Virus record (IMG/VR): IMGVR_UViG_3300009506_000084
Coordinates: 195 to 64,194 of that record
Origin: a virus
Lineage: Duplodnaviria; Caudoviricetes
Reading direction: 5' to 3' (one strand)
DNA length: 64,000 nucleotides
The position numbers and the translations under genes were made by a program. The notes below the pieces were generated by a model, which worked only from the letters and a program-made list of their open reading frames with translations, did not search any database and had not been told where the DNA came from. Position 1 is the first letter of the stretch. Every line of letters begins with the position of its first letter. Below are positions 45,846-56,139 of the stretch, one piece after another.

Positions 45846-47357
45846 ATGGCAGTTGATGAAGTACTTGTGTTGAAAGGGGAAGGCAACGTCGATGTCCAGG
45901 TGGGCGGGCCGGGTCAATCGGCCTGGGCCTATCTGTCGGCCTGCGCGTCGATGGACGGTCCTTCCGTACCGCAAGGGGACACGGAGCTGCGGTACTGCCA
46001 GGATGCACAGAGGGCCGGGAAGTTCACGGTATCCAGCAAAATCCAGACGGCCCCTGACCAAATCACCGGAAATCTCTTGACCAAGTTGGGCAAAATCGAC
46101 CACCTGAACGGTCTGGATTGCCCATTTGCGTTGCGGGCGAGATACAACAAATGTGGGGCCAGGGAAGACCCCACCGTGTTCGACCCGCTGATGATTATCT
46201 TCAACGACGTGACGCTGACCAGCATCGACTACGATGAACTGGTCATCACCGACCCAGGGTCAGAAGATGAAATCCTGGTCACTGCCGCATACAGCGCCAC
46301 CGACCACTACCGGGTCCAAACCGTGGTAGGGGCAAGGGCCGGGTCTGCGGCAGAAATCGGGGACGCGGCCATCAACGACTGGGCCATCTGCGACGACCCG
46401 CAATGTGCCGGGTACTGCGGCACCCGGTTGGACGGCTGTTCGCTGTACTACGGCGTGACCGACCTGGACACAACCCCGTACCCGTGGCCCAACCTCATCA
46501 CCGGCATCAAAAACATCCTGACCGATGTTGTTGCCTGGTACACGCACCCCATCCTGGGCGTTCCCGGCAACGTGGAGAACGTCGAGTGCGCAGGGACCAG
46601 GGTCATCGTCGCATCCAACGGGGCCACCATGGTCGCTTACAACGACACCTACGACGAGTACGGCGTCCCGGACCAGGACGAATGGAACCCGGTCGCCCTC
46701 ACCCACGCGCCCGCGGCCAACGGCAACGCCCTGTATGCAAGGACCAGCCGTGAAATCTGGCTGGCGTGCGCGGACGGCTACGTGGGCAAGAGCATCGACG
46801 CCGGGGAGACCTGGACCTACACCGACGTGGGCACGGCGCTGAACGCCATCTTTGCCTACGATGCAGACCTGGTCTACGTCGTAGGGCAGGCCGGGGAAAT
46901 GTACCGGTCCAGCGACGGCGGCTCGACCTGGGCCGACATCACCGAAGTGGCGACGACCGCAGCCAACCTGCTGGTGGTGGTGGTCCCGCCGAGTCGCATC
47001 CAGGAAGTGTACATCGGCACCGACGACGGGCAAATCTTCCGCAGCCAGAACCAGGGAGACACCTTCGCCGCGATGGGATTCACCGGCGATGGCGTCGGCA
47101 CAGTGGACGACCTGGCCTTCTGGGGCGCGGTAGGCGACGTGTTGTGGATTCTGCACAACAACGCTGGCCCCCAAGGGCGCGTCTTGCGTGACTTGTCGGG
47201 TGGCTACGGTGGCCCGGACGTTCGGGTGGAAATCGGGTACACCAGCGTTGTTGCGGCAGGGGTAGAGTTGAACGCCATCGCCGCCTGTGACGCCAACACG
47301 GCATGGGCGGCAGGGGAGGTTACGGGCGGGTATCCCGCCGTGTTCAAGATTGCCTAA
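45846..47357 (+). CDS. Major tail (tube) protein with C-terminal Asp-box beta-propeller
   Basis: Position before chaperone and tape measure; SIDAGETW, SSDGGSTW, SQNQGDTF. Confidence 0.65.
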   Translation: MAVDEVLVLKGEGNVDVQVGGPGQSAWAYLSACASMDGPSVPQGDTELRYCQDAQRAGKFTVSSKIQTAPDQITGNLLTKLGKIDHLNGLDCPFALRARYNKCGAREDPTVFDPLMIIFNDVTLTSIDYDELVITDPGSEDEILVTAAYSATDHYRVQTVVGARAGSAAEIGDAAINDWAICDDPQCAGYCGTRLDGCSLYYGVTDLDTTPYPWPNLITGIKNILTDVVAWYTHPILGVPGNVENVECAGTRVIVASNGATMVAYNDTYDEYGVPDQDEWNPVALTHAPAANGNALYARTSREIWLACADGYVGKSIDAGETWTYTDVGTALNAIFAYDADLVYVVGQAGEMYRSSDGGSTWADITEVATTAANLLVVVVPPSRIQEVYIGTDDGQIFRSQNQGDTFAAMGFTGDGVGTVDDLAFWGAVGDVLWILHNNAGPQGRVLRDLSGGYGGPDVRVEIGYTSVVAAGVELNAIAACDANTAWAAGEVTGGYPAVFKIA

Positions 47358-47384
47358 CCCTAAAAGGGAGGGAGAACAAACCAA

Positions 47385-47960
47385 ATGGCAGGCGCAGATA
47401 GCGAAAACGGTTATGTAACGGAAGAGTGGTTGGAATTTCAGACATCCAGCGGGATGAAAGTCCTGTATGGCCCGTTCCCTTTCGGCATGTATTGGGACAT
47501 CATGGAAAAGGGCTTGGACCAGTTTCCCGACCCGCCAGTACCGCAAAAGGAAATCAAGGTGTTGGACGGGACGGAAATGGTGGACGATGAGGACGACCCG
47601 GAGTATCAGGTTGAACTGAAAGCCGCTGTGTTCAAGCGCAACAACCTGTTGGGCCAGGCCTGTTTGGAATTCTGCGTGGAGCCTGTGGGCGGGATGGAGC
47701 AGTACGAGCCGCTCATCCAGCGCATGGCATCCGAGTACGTGAAAGACCCGGTCCCGGAAAACCCGACGGAACGCAAGGTGTGGTTTCTCAAGCGATATGC
47801 GTTCCGAACCGCAACCGACTGGAACGAAATCATCCGGCGGGTGCAGAACTTCTCCCAAATTCGTGAGAAGGAGGTCCGGGACCGGGTTGAGTTTTTTCGG
47901 GGTAAGATGGAGGGGCCAGAAGGTGATGGGGCTGATGCACCCGGCCCTGCTGAGAAGTAG
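47385..47960 (+). CDS. Tail assembly chaperone (G-like)
   Basis: Acidic, between tail tube and tape measure, slippery TTTTTTC at 47892. Confidence 0.7.
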   Translation: MAGADSENGYVTEEWLEFQTSSGMKVLYGPFPFGMYWDIMEKGLDQFPDPPVPQKEIKVLDGTEMVDDEDDPEYQVELKAAVFKRNNLLGQACLEFCVEPVGGMEQYEPLIQRMASEYVKDPVPENPTERKVWFLKRYAFRTATDWNEIIRRVQNFSQIREKEVRDRVEFFRGKMEGPEGDGADAPGPAEK

Positions 47961-48159
47961 CGGCTGGCGCTACATTGGGCGGGCGCGGGACCTGATGGCC
48001 GCCCGGTGGGCCGGGGTGATAGACACCTTCGATACCCTCCCGAAAAACAAACAAATCGACATCGTGGCCCTTTATGAAATCAACTGGCGCATAGAGGCGG
48101 TGAACGCCTGGGAGGCGTACCACCGGCCCAGGCCACCCAAAAGAAGGCGACGGCGATGA
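47893..48159 (+). CDS. Frameshift extension of the tail chaperone (T-like)
   Basis: Overlapping frame FFGVRW...DIVALYEI..RRRRR ending just before the tape measure. Confidence 0.6.
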   Translation, partial: FFGVRWRGQKVMGLMHPALLRSSGWRYIGRARDLMAARWAGVIDTFDTLPKNKQIDIVALYEINWRIEAVNAWEAYHRPRPPKRRRRR

Positions 48160-48165
48160 TAGGAT

Positions 48166-51100
48166 ATGCCTGAACTGTCAGAGGTCGGGCTGCGTGCCGT
48201 TCTTGAGAATGTAGACGGCTTTGAAGCGGGCGCAAAACGACTAGAAACCGCATACGGCAAAATCAGCACGGCGGAGGCGCTGGCCGCCTCCGCCTCTGAA
48301 CAAAACGCGGCGGTCATAGACCAGACGGCCCAGGCCGCAAGCCAGGCCGCGGGCCAAATCGAAGAAATCTCCGGTGCCATCGAAGGCATGATATCGCCGG
48401 AGACGCAGGCGCGGATTGAGAAGGTCTATGAGGCGATGGGCAAGGTGTCCCCGGAAGCTGAAAAAAGCGTCCGGGCGCTTGGCGCGTCCCTGGGCAAGAC
48501 GGAACAGGACGCCGAGCAGTTCGCGACGCGGTTCGAGAACGTGATGAAAACGGCCCAATTTGCCGTTGCGGGCATTGCGGGCAAATACAGCGAATTCCAG
48601 CAGAGAATATCAGACACCGCTGCCTTTGAACGAATAGAACGCGCCTACGACGTGTTGGGCCGCAAATCTCCTGAACTGGTGGCAGACCTCCGGGAACAAC
48701 AAGAAGAATGGATTGCAGCAGGCGGGGCCGCAGAGGAATGGGCCGACGCGGTCCAGCAGGTCTTCGGTCAGACCGTCGCTCAAATCCAACAGGGGTCGGA
48801 CCAGGCGTCCAACGCGTTGCAGACCATGGTCAACATCATCTCGCTTGGCGCGTTGCGGGAAGTGACCGGCACCCTGGGCGGGGTAGGCGACCGGCTGGTC
48901 GGGCTTGCCAAGGACGCGACGATGGCTGCGGCCCGCGTGGAGGAATTGGACCTGGTTTTGGGCAACCTGGCCGAGAAGAACGACCTCAGCGCCGCAGCCA
49001 TGCGCAACCAGGTGCAGGCCATCCGCGACCAGGGCATCCAGGCCGATGTGGCCTACGGCCTGGTCAGCCAGTTCGTGCGCTCCAACCTGGACCTTTCCAA
49101 AGCCTCAACGCTGGCCCGCATCGCCCAGGACGCCGCGGTCATCAGCATGGAGGACAGTTCCCAGGCGCTGCAAGGGCTCCTTCACGGCATCCTGACCCTA
49201 CAGCCTGAAATCCTGCGATATCGGGGCATCATCGTTGACCTGCAATCAGAGTACAAGCGATGGGCTGAGGCCAACAACCGCACCACCCTGTCGATGACCG
49301 GGGCCGAGAAACAGATGGTGGCCCTGGAAGCCGTCATTGCACAAGGGGCCTCTATTGCGGGGACCTACGAGAGCGCGATGGAATCGGCCAGCAAGCAATT
49401 GCGGTCGTTCCCGCGGTACATCAACGACCTCAAGGTGGAGTTCGGCAACGCATTGCTCCCGGCGTACAGCGATGCCATCTTTGCCACAAAAGACCTCATC
49501 AAGGAGATTTCCGGCATCCCTGAGCCGGTCAAGGCGGCGACGGCCGTCATCGGGACCATGACCGGCGGGCTGTTCAAAGGCACCAGCGCCCTGTTGGGGT
49601 TTGCGACCCAGGCCGGGTACACGCTGCTGGCCGTCCAAAACCTAATGCCACAATTGGAAGCCCTGGGTGTCACGGCCAAGCTGGCAAGTGTCAGTTTCCT
49701 GGGGCCGGTTGGCCTGGCCGCAGGGCTGGCTGCGGTGGTCGGCATCGGCGTGGTGACGGCGCTCAAAACTCAGGAAGAAGCGTTGCGTGCAACGGCATCG
49801 CAAACTCTGGCTGGGACTGATAGTTACGCCGAATATGTCATCAAGATGCGCGAAGTGGAGCTTGCCAGCTTTACCCTCAGCGAAGGGCTGTACGAGATTG
49901 CCAAAAGCGCCGACGCCGCGGCCCAAGGGCTAGATGCGGTGGCGCTGACAGAAGCGTTCCGTGACCTGGACATGGCAATCGGCGGGACGCGCACCGGCAT
50001 CGAAGCGTTGGACGAAATACTGGTCAGTATGAACCAGTCCGGGGAAGGGGCGATGGACCAGCTCAGGGTCAGCCTGGAACGCATCGCGCCGGACCTGAAC
50101 GACGCCCAGGTCGTGGTGTTGCAAAATGCTGACGCGGTCCGCCGGTTGGGCGAGAACGCCGGGTACTCCGGGCAAGACCTGCGCGACTTCACCCAAATCG
50201 TGTTGGAATTTGCAGAAGCCCAGAGCATCGCCAGGGAAGAAGCGGCCAAACTGCAACAGTTCATCGGGTGGGCGGAACAGGGCAAGGAGCCGTGGCAGGA
50301 GATGGCGACCGCGGCGGATGAGGCCGCGGCGGCAACGGCGCGCGCCGTTGCCGCCAACGAGCAGTACGAAGGCGTCATGCCCGGCATGATTAGTTACGAA
50401 CAGGAACTGCTCATCGCCCAAGCCGCCCGGTACGAGCAACTTTTGTTGCTGGCAAAGGCCCAGGAGGATTACAGCGCAAGCCTTGAGGGGATTGCGGCCC
50501 GTGGCGCTGCCCAGATATTGCGCGCCGAAGAACAGAAGAACGCATCCATCCTGAGGGCGGAACAAAGCCTGACCGACCAGTTGGGCAGCCTGTGGGACGG
50601 GTACGCAGACCGGGTCACCGGCATCATGGAACAACTGGCCGACGTGGAAGCCAACCTGCAAGCGGGGCTGGCCGCGGCCCAACAACAATACCTGGCCGAC
50701 AGGCTGGCGGCAGAACAATCCTACGCCCAGAGCGTGGCGCAACTTCAAACCGACCTTGCCGCCCAAGAGGCGCAACTGGCTACAGACCTGCAACAGAGGT
50801 TGGATGACCTGCGCCGGGGCTATGAGGAAGCGCAAGCCAACGCGGCCAGCAACCTGGCCCGCGACCTGGAAGACATCAACCGCGATCACCTGGCCCGGAT
50901 GGCCGCGATGGAGGCCGACCATTACGCCAACATAGAGACCTTGGCGGAGCAACACGAACAGAACCTGCTCTCCATCCAGGAGGCATTCGACCGGCAGCGG
51001 GAGGCCATAGAGGAAAAGTACCGCACCGAGCCGACCGAAGAAGAAAAGCTGGACGCGGAACGGGAGCGGCTGCTGCGCGAACTGGAACGGCTGCGCGAAC

Positions 51101-52668
51101 TGCAAGCGGGCGGCATGACCGGCATCGACTGGGGTGCCAGCATCGAAGAAATCCTGCGCCAGCTTGACGAACTCAAGCAGCAAGAATTGGACGCGCTGGA
51201 TGAGCAGCAGGCCGCGGAAGAAGAAGCGGAAGAACAGGCCCACCAGGAGCGATTGCAAGCGGAGCAGGACCGGTGGGAAGAAGCGCAAGCGGCGGAAGAA
51301 GCCCGATGGCAGGAGGCCCGCGACGAACGGCAGGCCCAATACGAGCAGGAATTGGAAGACCTGCGGCTTGCCAACGAGCGGGCGCAGGATGAGGCCCGCC
51401 GCGCCAACCAGCAGGCCCTTGACGCCCTGCGGCAGAGGACCGCAGAGGAAAGGGCCGAACTGGAAGCCCGGTACCGGGAGCAGCTTGCGGCACTGGAAGA
51501 ACGGTTGCGGGAGGAACGGCAAAAGCTGACCGCGTCGGCGGCGGAGCAGCGGACCCGCTTGCAAGAACAACTGCGCACCGAGCAAAGCAACTACCAGGAG
51601 AGGCGTGACGAGCTAAAAGAGCACAACCGGCAACAGATACAAGCGACCGAAGAACAATACAAGGAACAGCTCAAAGAGATTCAAGACGGCTTGTTGTTGC
51701 AGAAGCTGAAAATCATCGACGGGTTGAGTGAGCAGAGCACGGAATTCGCCCAGGCCTACAAGGACGAGAAGGAGGCGCTCGAAGACTACCTGTTCGGTGA
51801 GGGGGGCCGCTACCAGCAGCAACACGACCTGGAGCAAGATGTCCTGTCGATGTTGGGCAACGAACTGCCCAACCAGACGGCGGCGTTTGCCAATGCCTAC
51901 ACGGTGCAGCGCAACGACCTGTACGAGCACCTTTTCGGGGCCAACGGCCTGTTGGGCATGTGGACGCAATACTTCGGGGACCTGGCAAACCTGGGCGACA
52001 CCCACTCGCCGTCTGGGTGGATGATTCAGTTCGGGCGGGACCTGACCACCGGCCTGTTGCGCGGCCTGGACCTTGGCGCGGCCCTGGGCCGGTCGCTGGC
52101 CCAGTTCTCCGAGTTCAAGGGAGAGGTAGAGGCGCAGATACCCAACCTGCAACTACTGGCCCCTGACCTGCAACTGCAAGCGCCCGACCTGGCCACCGGG
52201 ATTTCCAGCCTTCAATTGCCAACGCCGGACGCTGCGAGCGTGAACTTTGAGGCGGCGGCGGTAGACAGGTTGACATACGAGCCAGGGGCAGGTGTGGGGG
52301 AGTTGTCAAGCAGCGCAATTCCCCTGGCAGCCCCGGACCTGGTCTTGGCGCTTGACAACCTGGCCCACATCCTGCAAACACAGGCAGCGTGCGGCGGAGA
52401 TAGGATGGCAAGGTTGGCAGACCCCGATTGGCGAGTCGGAGAAATCACCCGAATTATGCGCGACCTGTACGAAAAAAGCGCACATTCTGGTATGCTTCTT
52501 CCGACTGTGACCGTGCAAGCCCCGACGGTTGCCGCTCCTGTCATGCCGCCAGGGCCAACCAATGTCCAGAACACGACCAACTACAACCTGACCGCGGATT
52601 TCACCAATTCCAACATGATGCCGGGCATCCTGAGCCAGTTCCGCATGTTGGAAATGTCGAGACGATAA
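48166..52668 (+). CDS. Tape measure protein
   Basis: 1500 aa, Ala/Glu/Gln-rich, coiled coils, hydrophobic segment, DTHSPSGW motif, NTTNYNL near the C-terminus. Confidence 0.9.
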   Translation: MPELSEVGLRAVLENVDGFEAGAKRLETAYGKISTAEALAASASEQNAAVIDQTAQAASQAAGQIEEISGAIEGMISPETQARIEKVYEAMGKVSPEAEKSVRALGASLGKTEQDAEQFATRFENVMKTAQFAVAGIAGKYSEFQQRISDTAAFERIERAYDVLGRKSPELVADLREQQEEWIAAGGAAEEWADAVQQVFGQTVAQIQQGSDQASNALQTMVNIISLGALREVTGTLGGVGDRLVGLAKDATMAAARVEELDLVLGNLAEKNDLSAAAMRNQVQAIRDQGIQADVAYGLVSQFVRSNLDLSKASTLARIAQDAAVISMEDSSQALQGLLHGILTLQPEILRYRGIIVDLQSEYKRWAEANNRTTLSMTGAEKQMVALEAVIAQGASIAGTYESAMESASKQLRSFPRYINDLKVEFGNALLPAYSDAIFATKDLIKEISGIPEPVKAATAVIGTMTGGLFKGTSALLGFATQAGYTLLAVQNLMPQLEALGVTAKLASVSFLGPVGLAAGLAAVVGIGVVTALKTQEEALRATASQTLAGTDSYAEYVIKMREVELASFTLSEGLYEIAKSADAAAQGLDAVALTEAFRDLDMAIGGTRTGIEALDEILVSMNQSGEGAMDQLRVSLERIAPDLNDAQVVVLQNADAVRRLGENAGYSGQDLRDFTQIVLEFAEAQSIAREEAAKLQQFIGWAEQGKEPWQEMATAADEAAAATARAVAANEQYEGVMPGMISYEQELLIAQAARYEQLLLLAKAQEDYSASLEGIAARGAAQILRAEEQKNASILRAEQSLTDQLGSLWDGYADRVTGIMEQLADVEANLQAGLAAAQQQYLADRLAAEQSYAQSVAQLQTDLAAQEAQLATDLQQRLDDLRRGYEEAQANAASNLARDLEDINRDHLARMAAMEADHYANIETLAEQHEQNLLSIQEAFDRQREAIEEKYRTEPTEEEKLDAERERLLRELERLRELQAGGMTGIDWGASIEEILRQLDELKQQELDALDEQQAAEEEAEEQAHQERLQAEQDRWEEAQAAEEARWQEARDERQAQYEQELEDLRLANERAQDEARRANQQALDALRQRTAEERAELEARYREQLAALEERLREERQKLTASAAEQRTRLQEQLRTEQSNYQERRDELKEHNRQQIQATEEQYKEQLKEIQDGLLLQKLKIIDGLSEQSTEFAQAYKDEKEALEDYLFGEGGRYQQQHDLEQDVLSMLGNELPNQTAAFANAYTVQRNDLYEHLFGANGLLGMWTQYFGDLANLGDTHSPSGWMIQFGRDLTTGLLRGLDLGAALGRSLAQFSEFKGEVEAQIPNLQLLAPDLQLQAPDLATGISSLQLPTPDAASVNFEAAAVDRLTYEPGAGVGELSSSAIPLAAPDLVLALDNLAHILQTQAACGGDRMARLADPDWRVGEITRIMRDLYEKSAHSGMLLPTVTVQAPTVAAPVMPPGPTNVQNTTNYNLTADFTNSNMMPGILSQFRMLEMSRR

Positions 52669-52669
52669 C

Positions 52670-53620
52670 ATGCCCTTTTTGGAAGGACTGTGGCGTATCA
52701 TCACATCTTATGGCGACGTGTTGGAGCTTTCCCCGCCGTCCGGGGGGCTGCGGCGCATGGCGGGCATCGGTATGCCGGTGGCCCAATACGTGACACAGCA
52801 GGCGCCAGGCCAGCACGGCAATTCCCACCTGGGGTTCACATTGAACCCGCGGGAGGTCGCCATGCAGTTGGATTGGCAAGGCTGCGAACTGGTTGACGTG
52901 AGGACGGGCAAAATCTATCCGACCTTCAATTACATCGCGTCCCCGTTCATCCTGCAACGCGCCCTGCCGGACCAGACCGTGCGGGAACTGCGCGACGTGT
53001 GGTTCGCTGGGGGGCTGGGCCGCGACTCGGACGCCATCGACGTGGAAGGCCATGTCGAGACGCAGCCTATCACCGTCATTGCCCGCGACCCGGTGTGGTG
53101 GGCCGGGGAGGAAAGCTCCTATACAATCACCACGGCGACCATCGAAACCGGGGATGAGGCGGTGTTTGACACGCCAGCCGGGGAGCCAGCGCCCACCTGG
53201 ATATTCGCCACGGCAAGTTACCTTACGTTCGGTTACTCGACCATCAACACGACCCTGAGCAGCGGGGAGATTGCAACCCTGGGCGACTGGTACACCTTTC
53301 CGACCATCACCATCGTGGGGCCAGCCTCAGACCCGGAAATCGAGAACCTCACCACCGACCAAATCATCACCATGGACTACGACATCCCGGCGGGAAGGAC
53401 CGTGACCTTCAACCTGCAATGGGGCTACAAAACTGTGACGGACGACCTGGGCACCAACCTGGCTGGATACGTCCCGGCGACCGATGACCTGGCAACGTTC
53501 GTGCTGTGGCCGCATCCCAGGGCAACCGACGGCGAGAACAGCATCCGGGTGTTTGCGGGCGGCGTGACCGCAGCGTCCAGCATCACCATCAGTTGGTATG
53601 ATAGGTTTTTGGGGATATAG
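52670..53620 (+). CDS. Distal tail protein (Dit, siphovirus-type)
   Basis: Follows tape measure; PREV, ARDPVW, PTITIVGP..P.IENLTT, GENSI, WYDRFLGI. Confidence 0.75.
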   Translation: MPFLEGLWRIITSYGDVLELSPPSGGLRRMAGIGMPVAQYVTQQAPGQHGNSHLGFTLNPREVAMQLDWQGCELVDVRTGKIYPTFNYIASPFILQRALPDQTVRELRDVWFAGGLGRDSDAIDVEGHVETQPITVIARDPVWWAGEESSYTITTATIETGDEAVFDTPAGEPAPTWIFATASYLTFGYSTINTTLSSGEIATLGDWYTFPTITIVGPASDPEIENLTTDQIITMDYDIPAGRTVTFNLQWGYKTVTDDLGTNLAGYVPATDDLATFVLWPHPRATDGENSIRVFAGGVTAASSITISWYDRFLGI

Positions 53621-53623
53621 ACC

Positions 53624-54880
53624 ATGAGTGACCTTGTAACGCTTACAGGACAAAGCCGACCGTGGGGCGGTCAGACCGTTGGGGACAGTGGGCCGTATAC
53701 AGACGGCCAGTGGCGCGACGTGTGGGAAAGCCTGTTTGACGGCAGCGGCAATCGCGGCCCCTTGCTCAATTGGGACGACGACTTTGAAGTGACGGAACGC
53801 GGGGCCGGGGCCAACATGAGCGTGGACGTGCAGACCGGCGCGGCCATCATCGACGGCGAATGGGCCATTTCCGACAGCATCGTGAACCTGACCGTCGCCG
53901 CCAACGCGTCGGGCATGACCCGGTACGACCTGGTCTTTCTGCACTGGACCGCTGCGGCCCAGACCACTTCGGTGCGCATCGTGGACGGGACGCCGGGGGC
54001 CGGGTCGTGTGAGAGCATCGCCAATTACCAGAACGCGGGGGTTGAATGGGCTGTGCCGCTGGCTTGTGTGGAGGTCGTCAACGGAGCAGCTACCATCCAG
54101 GATGCCGACATCACCGACGAAAGGGAGTTTTGCCGGTATCGCACAGACCCAGCCGACATCATCGACGGGTCAACGCTGGACCAGAACGCGGCCAACCAGA
54201 TTCGCATTGCCCCCTCTGGCGTGGGCATCGTCGAAATTGCCGCCGCCATTGCCGGGGATGGCCTGGTCGGCGGCGGAGGCGCTGCGCTTGACGTGAACGT
54301 AGACGGGGTCACCCTGGAAATCGTCGCGGACACCCTTCAAATCATCAATGGGGAGGTGGACGAAAGCATCAGCGCCAATCGGACGCGCACCTGGTACGTG
54401 GGGGCCAACGAATTGCACGAACCGGCGGGAGGCCTTTACGCCCTAAGCCCCACCTGGGGCAACATCGACATCCAGACCGACGCGACCGAATGCTGGATAT
54501 TCGACCCAGGCCAGGACATGGGCGTCATCGGTCACACCCAAGTCCCTGCTGATGCAGTGGCTGGGGCAGTGACCATTTCGGCCATCTGGACCCACGCCGA
54601 ACCGGGCTGGCCGGTCTGGGTGCGTTGGTACCTGGAATATGTGACCAATTTCGGTTGCATCGAGCTTCTGACCCCCACCAACATGATTGTAGCCCTGGGT
54701 CCGGTGGGGGCCGCTGCCGAGAATTACCGCATCTGCACGGCCTTTTCCAACACCGTCACCCTGGCCGCTGGGGAGTTCTTCGACTTCATTGTGGGGCGCA
54801 ACGGGTCGCACCCGGCAGACGATTGCTCCTCCGACGCGGGCCTCTTGGGCGTTCTGTTCAGCTATACGGCGGATATGTAA
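53624..54880 (+). CDS. Tail tip/baseplate fibre protein, paralog A
   Basis: MSVDVQTGAAII, RYDLV, VPLACV, DITDER; shares blocks with the next gene. Confidence 0.65.
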   Translation: MSDLVTLTGQSRPWGGQTVGDSGPYTDGQWRDVWESLFDGSGNRGPLLNWDDDFEVTERGAGANMSVDVQTGAAIIDGEWAISDSIVNLTVAANASGMTRYDLVFLHWTAAAQTTSVRIVDGTPGAGSCESIANYQNAGVEWAVPLACVEVVNGAATIQDADITDEREFCRYRTDPADIIDGSTLDQNAANQIRIAPSGVGIVEIAAAIAGDGLVGGGGAALDVNVDGVTLEIVADTLQIINGEVDESISANRTRTWYVGANELHEPAGGLYALSPTWGNIDIQTDATECWIFDPGQDMGVIGHTQVPADAVAGAVTISAIWTHAEPGWPVWVRWYLEYVTNFGCIELLTPTNMIVALGPVGAAAENYRICTAFSNTVTLAAGEFFDFIVGRNGSHPADDCSSDAGLLGVLFSYTADM

Positions 54881-54882
54881 TC

Positions 54883-56136
54883 ATGTCTGACTCTCAAGCC
54901 ATCGTCAGCAGGCCGTGGGGCGGGCTGGCTTCGTACACCGACCTGGAATGGTGGGAAATCTGGCAGAGCCTGTTCGATGGAACGCAGAACCGCGGCCCCT
55001 TGCTCGGCTACCTGAACGAACTGGAAGTCTCGGCCAGCAGCCCGGCGGCGATGACTGTTTCCATCGGGACCGGGGCCGGGATAATCATGGGAGTCTGGTT
55101 CAAGAACGACACAGCCCGAACTCTGACCGTCGCGGCCAACGGCGGCGGGGCCAACCGTTATGACCTGGTCTTCGCCCACTGGACACGGACCACGCAACAG
55201 GTCCAATTGCGAATTGTGGATGGGACCGCGGCGACCTGTGCCGCGGCGGTCGCCCCGGCTGCAAACGCCATCGCCACCTACCAGTCCGGCGTGACCGAAT
55301 GGGCCATCCCGTTGGCCTGTATCACGGTCACACCGGGCGCGACCAGCATCGCCAGCGGCAACATCACCGACTTGCGTGAATTCTGCCGGTTCCGCATGGA
55401 CCCCGGCAGCCTGCCGGACCTGTCCACAATCAACGTCAACCCCAACACCCGCCAGATGTATGTGTATAATGTTGGCGTGACCCAGATTTCGAGCGCCATC
55501 GCGGGCGATGGCCTGGTTGGTGGCAGTGGGGCGGCGCTGGACGTGAATCCTGACGGTGTGACCTTGGAAATCGTCGCAGACGTGCTTCGCATCGCGGGCG
55601 GGGCAGTTTCGGCCAGCATCCGGGCCAACCGGACGCGGTCCTTCTACGTCTCGGCCAGCAAATTGCGCAAGTCGTCGGGGGCCGATGCGTCCATTGTGTG
55701 GGGGTCGGGGGCCGGGTGGCCGGACGGGGCAGAGGGGTGGGTCGTGCCATACAACACCGGTTCCCTGGTCGGCCACACCCAGGTTCCCGTCGATTTCGCG
55801 TCGGGACTTGGCATGAAATTCATCTTTGCCCATGAATACGGCGGGGTTGGCACCCAACCCGTCGTATGGCGCGCCTCTTTTGCGGCAGACGCGGGCGGCG
55901 ATCTCATGGGCGGTTGTGATGAAGATATTCAAAGCCAGACGTTCTTGCCCCAGGTCAGTACAGACATCACCTCAGCGACCGCCGGGTATAGAATTTGTAG
56001 CGATGCTGGCACAAGCAGCCTGGAAACTGTGGTGGCGGGCGATTTCCTGGATTTTCGCATCTATCGTCCCACATCCGGCCTAGTTCTCGACCTGCTGCTG
56101 CTTGGCGTGCTGTTTGAGTACACGGCGGACATGTAG
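54883..56136 (+). CDS. Tail tip/baseplate fibre protein, paralog B
   Basis: SRPWGG, SLFDG, NRGPLL, AIAGDGLVGG.GAALDVN.DGVTLEIVAD and LLGVLF.YTADM shared with paralog A. Confidence 0.65.
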   Translation: MSDSQAIVSRPWGGLASYTDLEWWEIWQSLFDGTQNRGPLLGYLNELEVSASSPAAMTVSIGTGAGIIMGVWFKNDTARTLTVAANGGGANRYDLVFAHWTRTTQQVQLRIVDGTAATCAAAVAPAANAIATYQSGVTEWAIPLACITVTPGATSIASGNITDLREFCRFRMDPGSLPDLSTINVNPNTRQMYVYNVGVTQISSAIAGDGLVGGSGAALDVNPDGVTLEIVADVLRIAGGAVSASIRANRTRSFYVSASKLRKSSGADASIVWGSGAGWPDGAEGWVVPYNTGSLVGHTQVPVDFASGLGMKFIFAHEYGGVGTQPVVWRASFAADAGGDLMGGCDEDIQSQTFLPQVSTDITSATAGYRICSDAGTSSLETVVAGDFLDFRIYRPTSGLVLDLLLLGVLFEYTADM

Positions 56137-56139
56137 CCC

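Noticed and set aside
50400-51800. Glu/Gln/Arg-rich quasi-repeats in the tape measure
   Set aside because: Ordinary coiled-coil periodicity for this protein class
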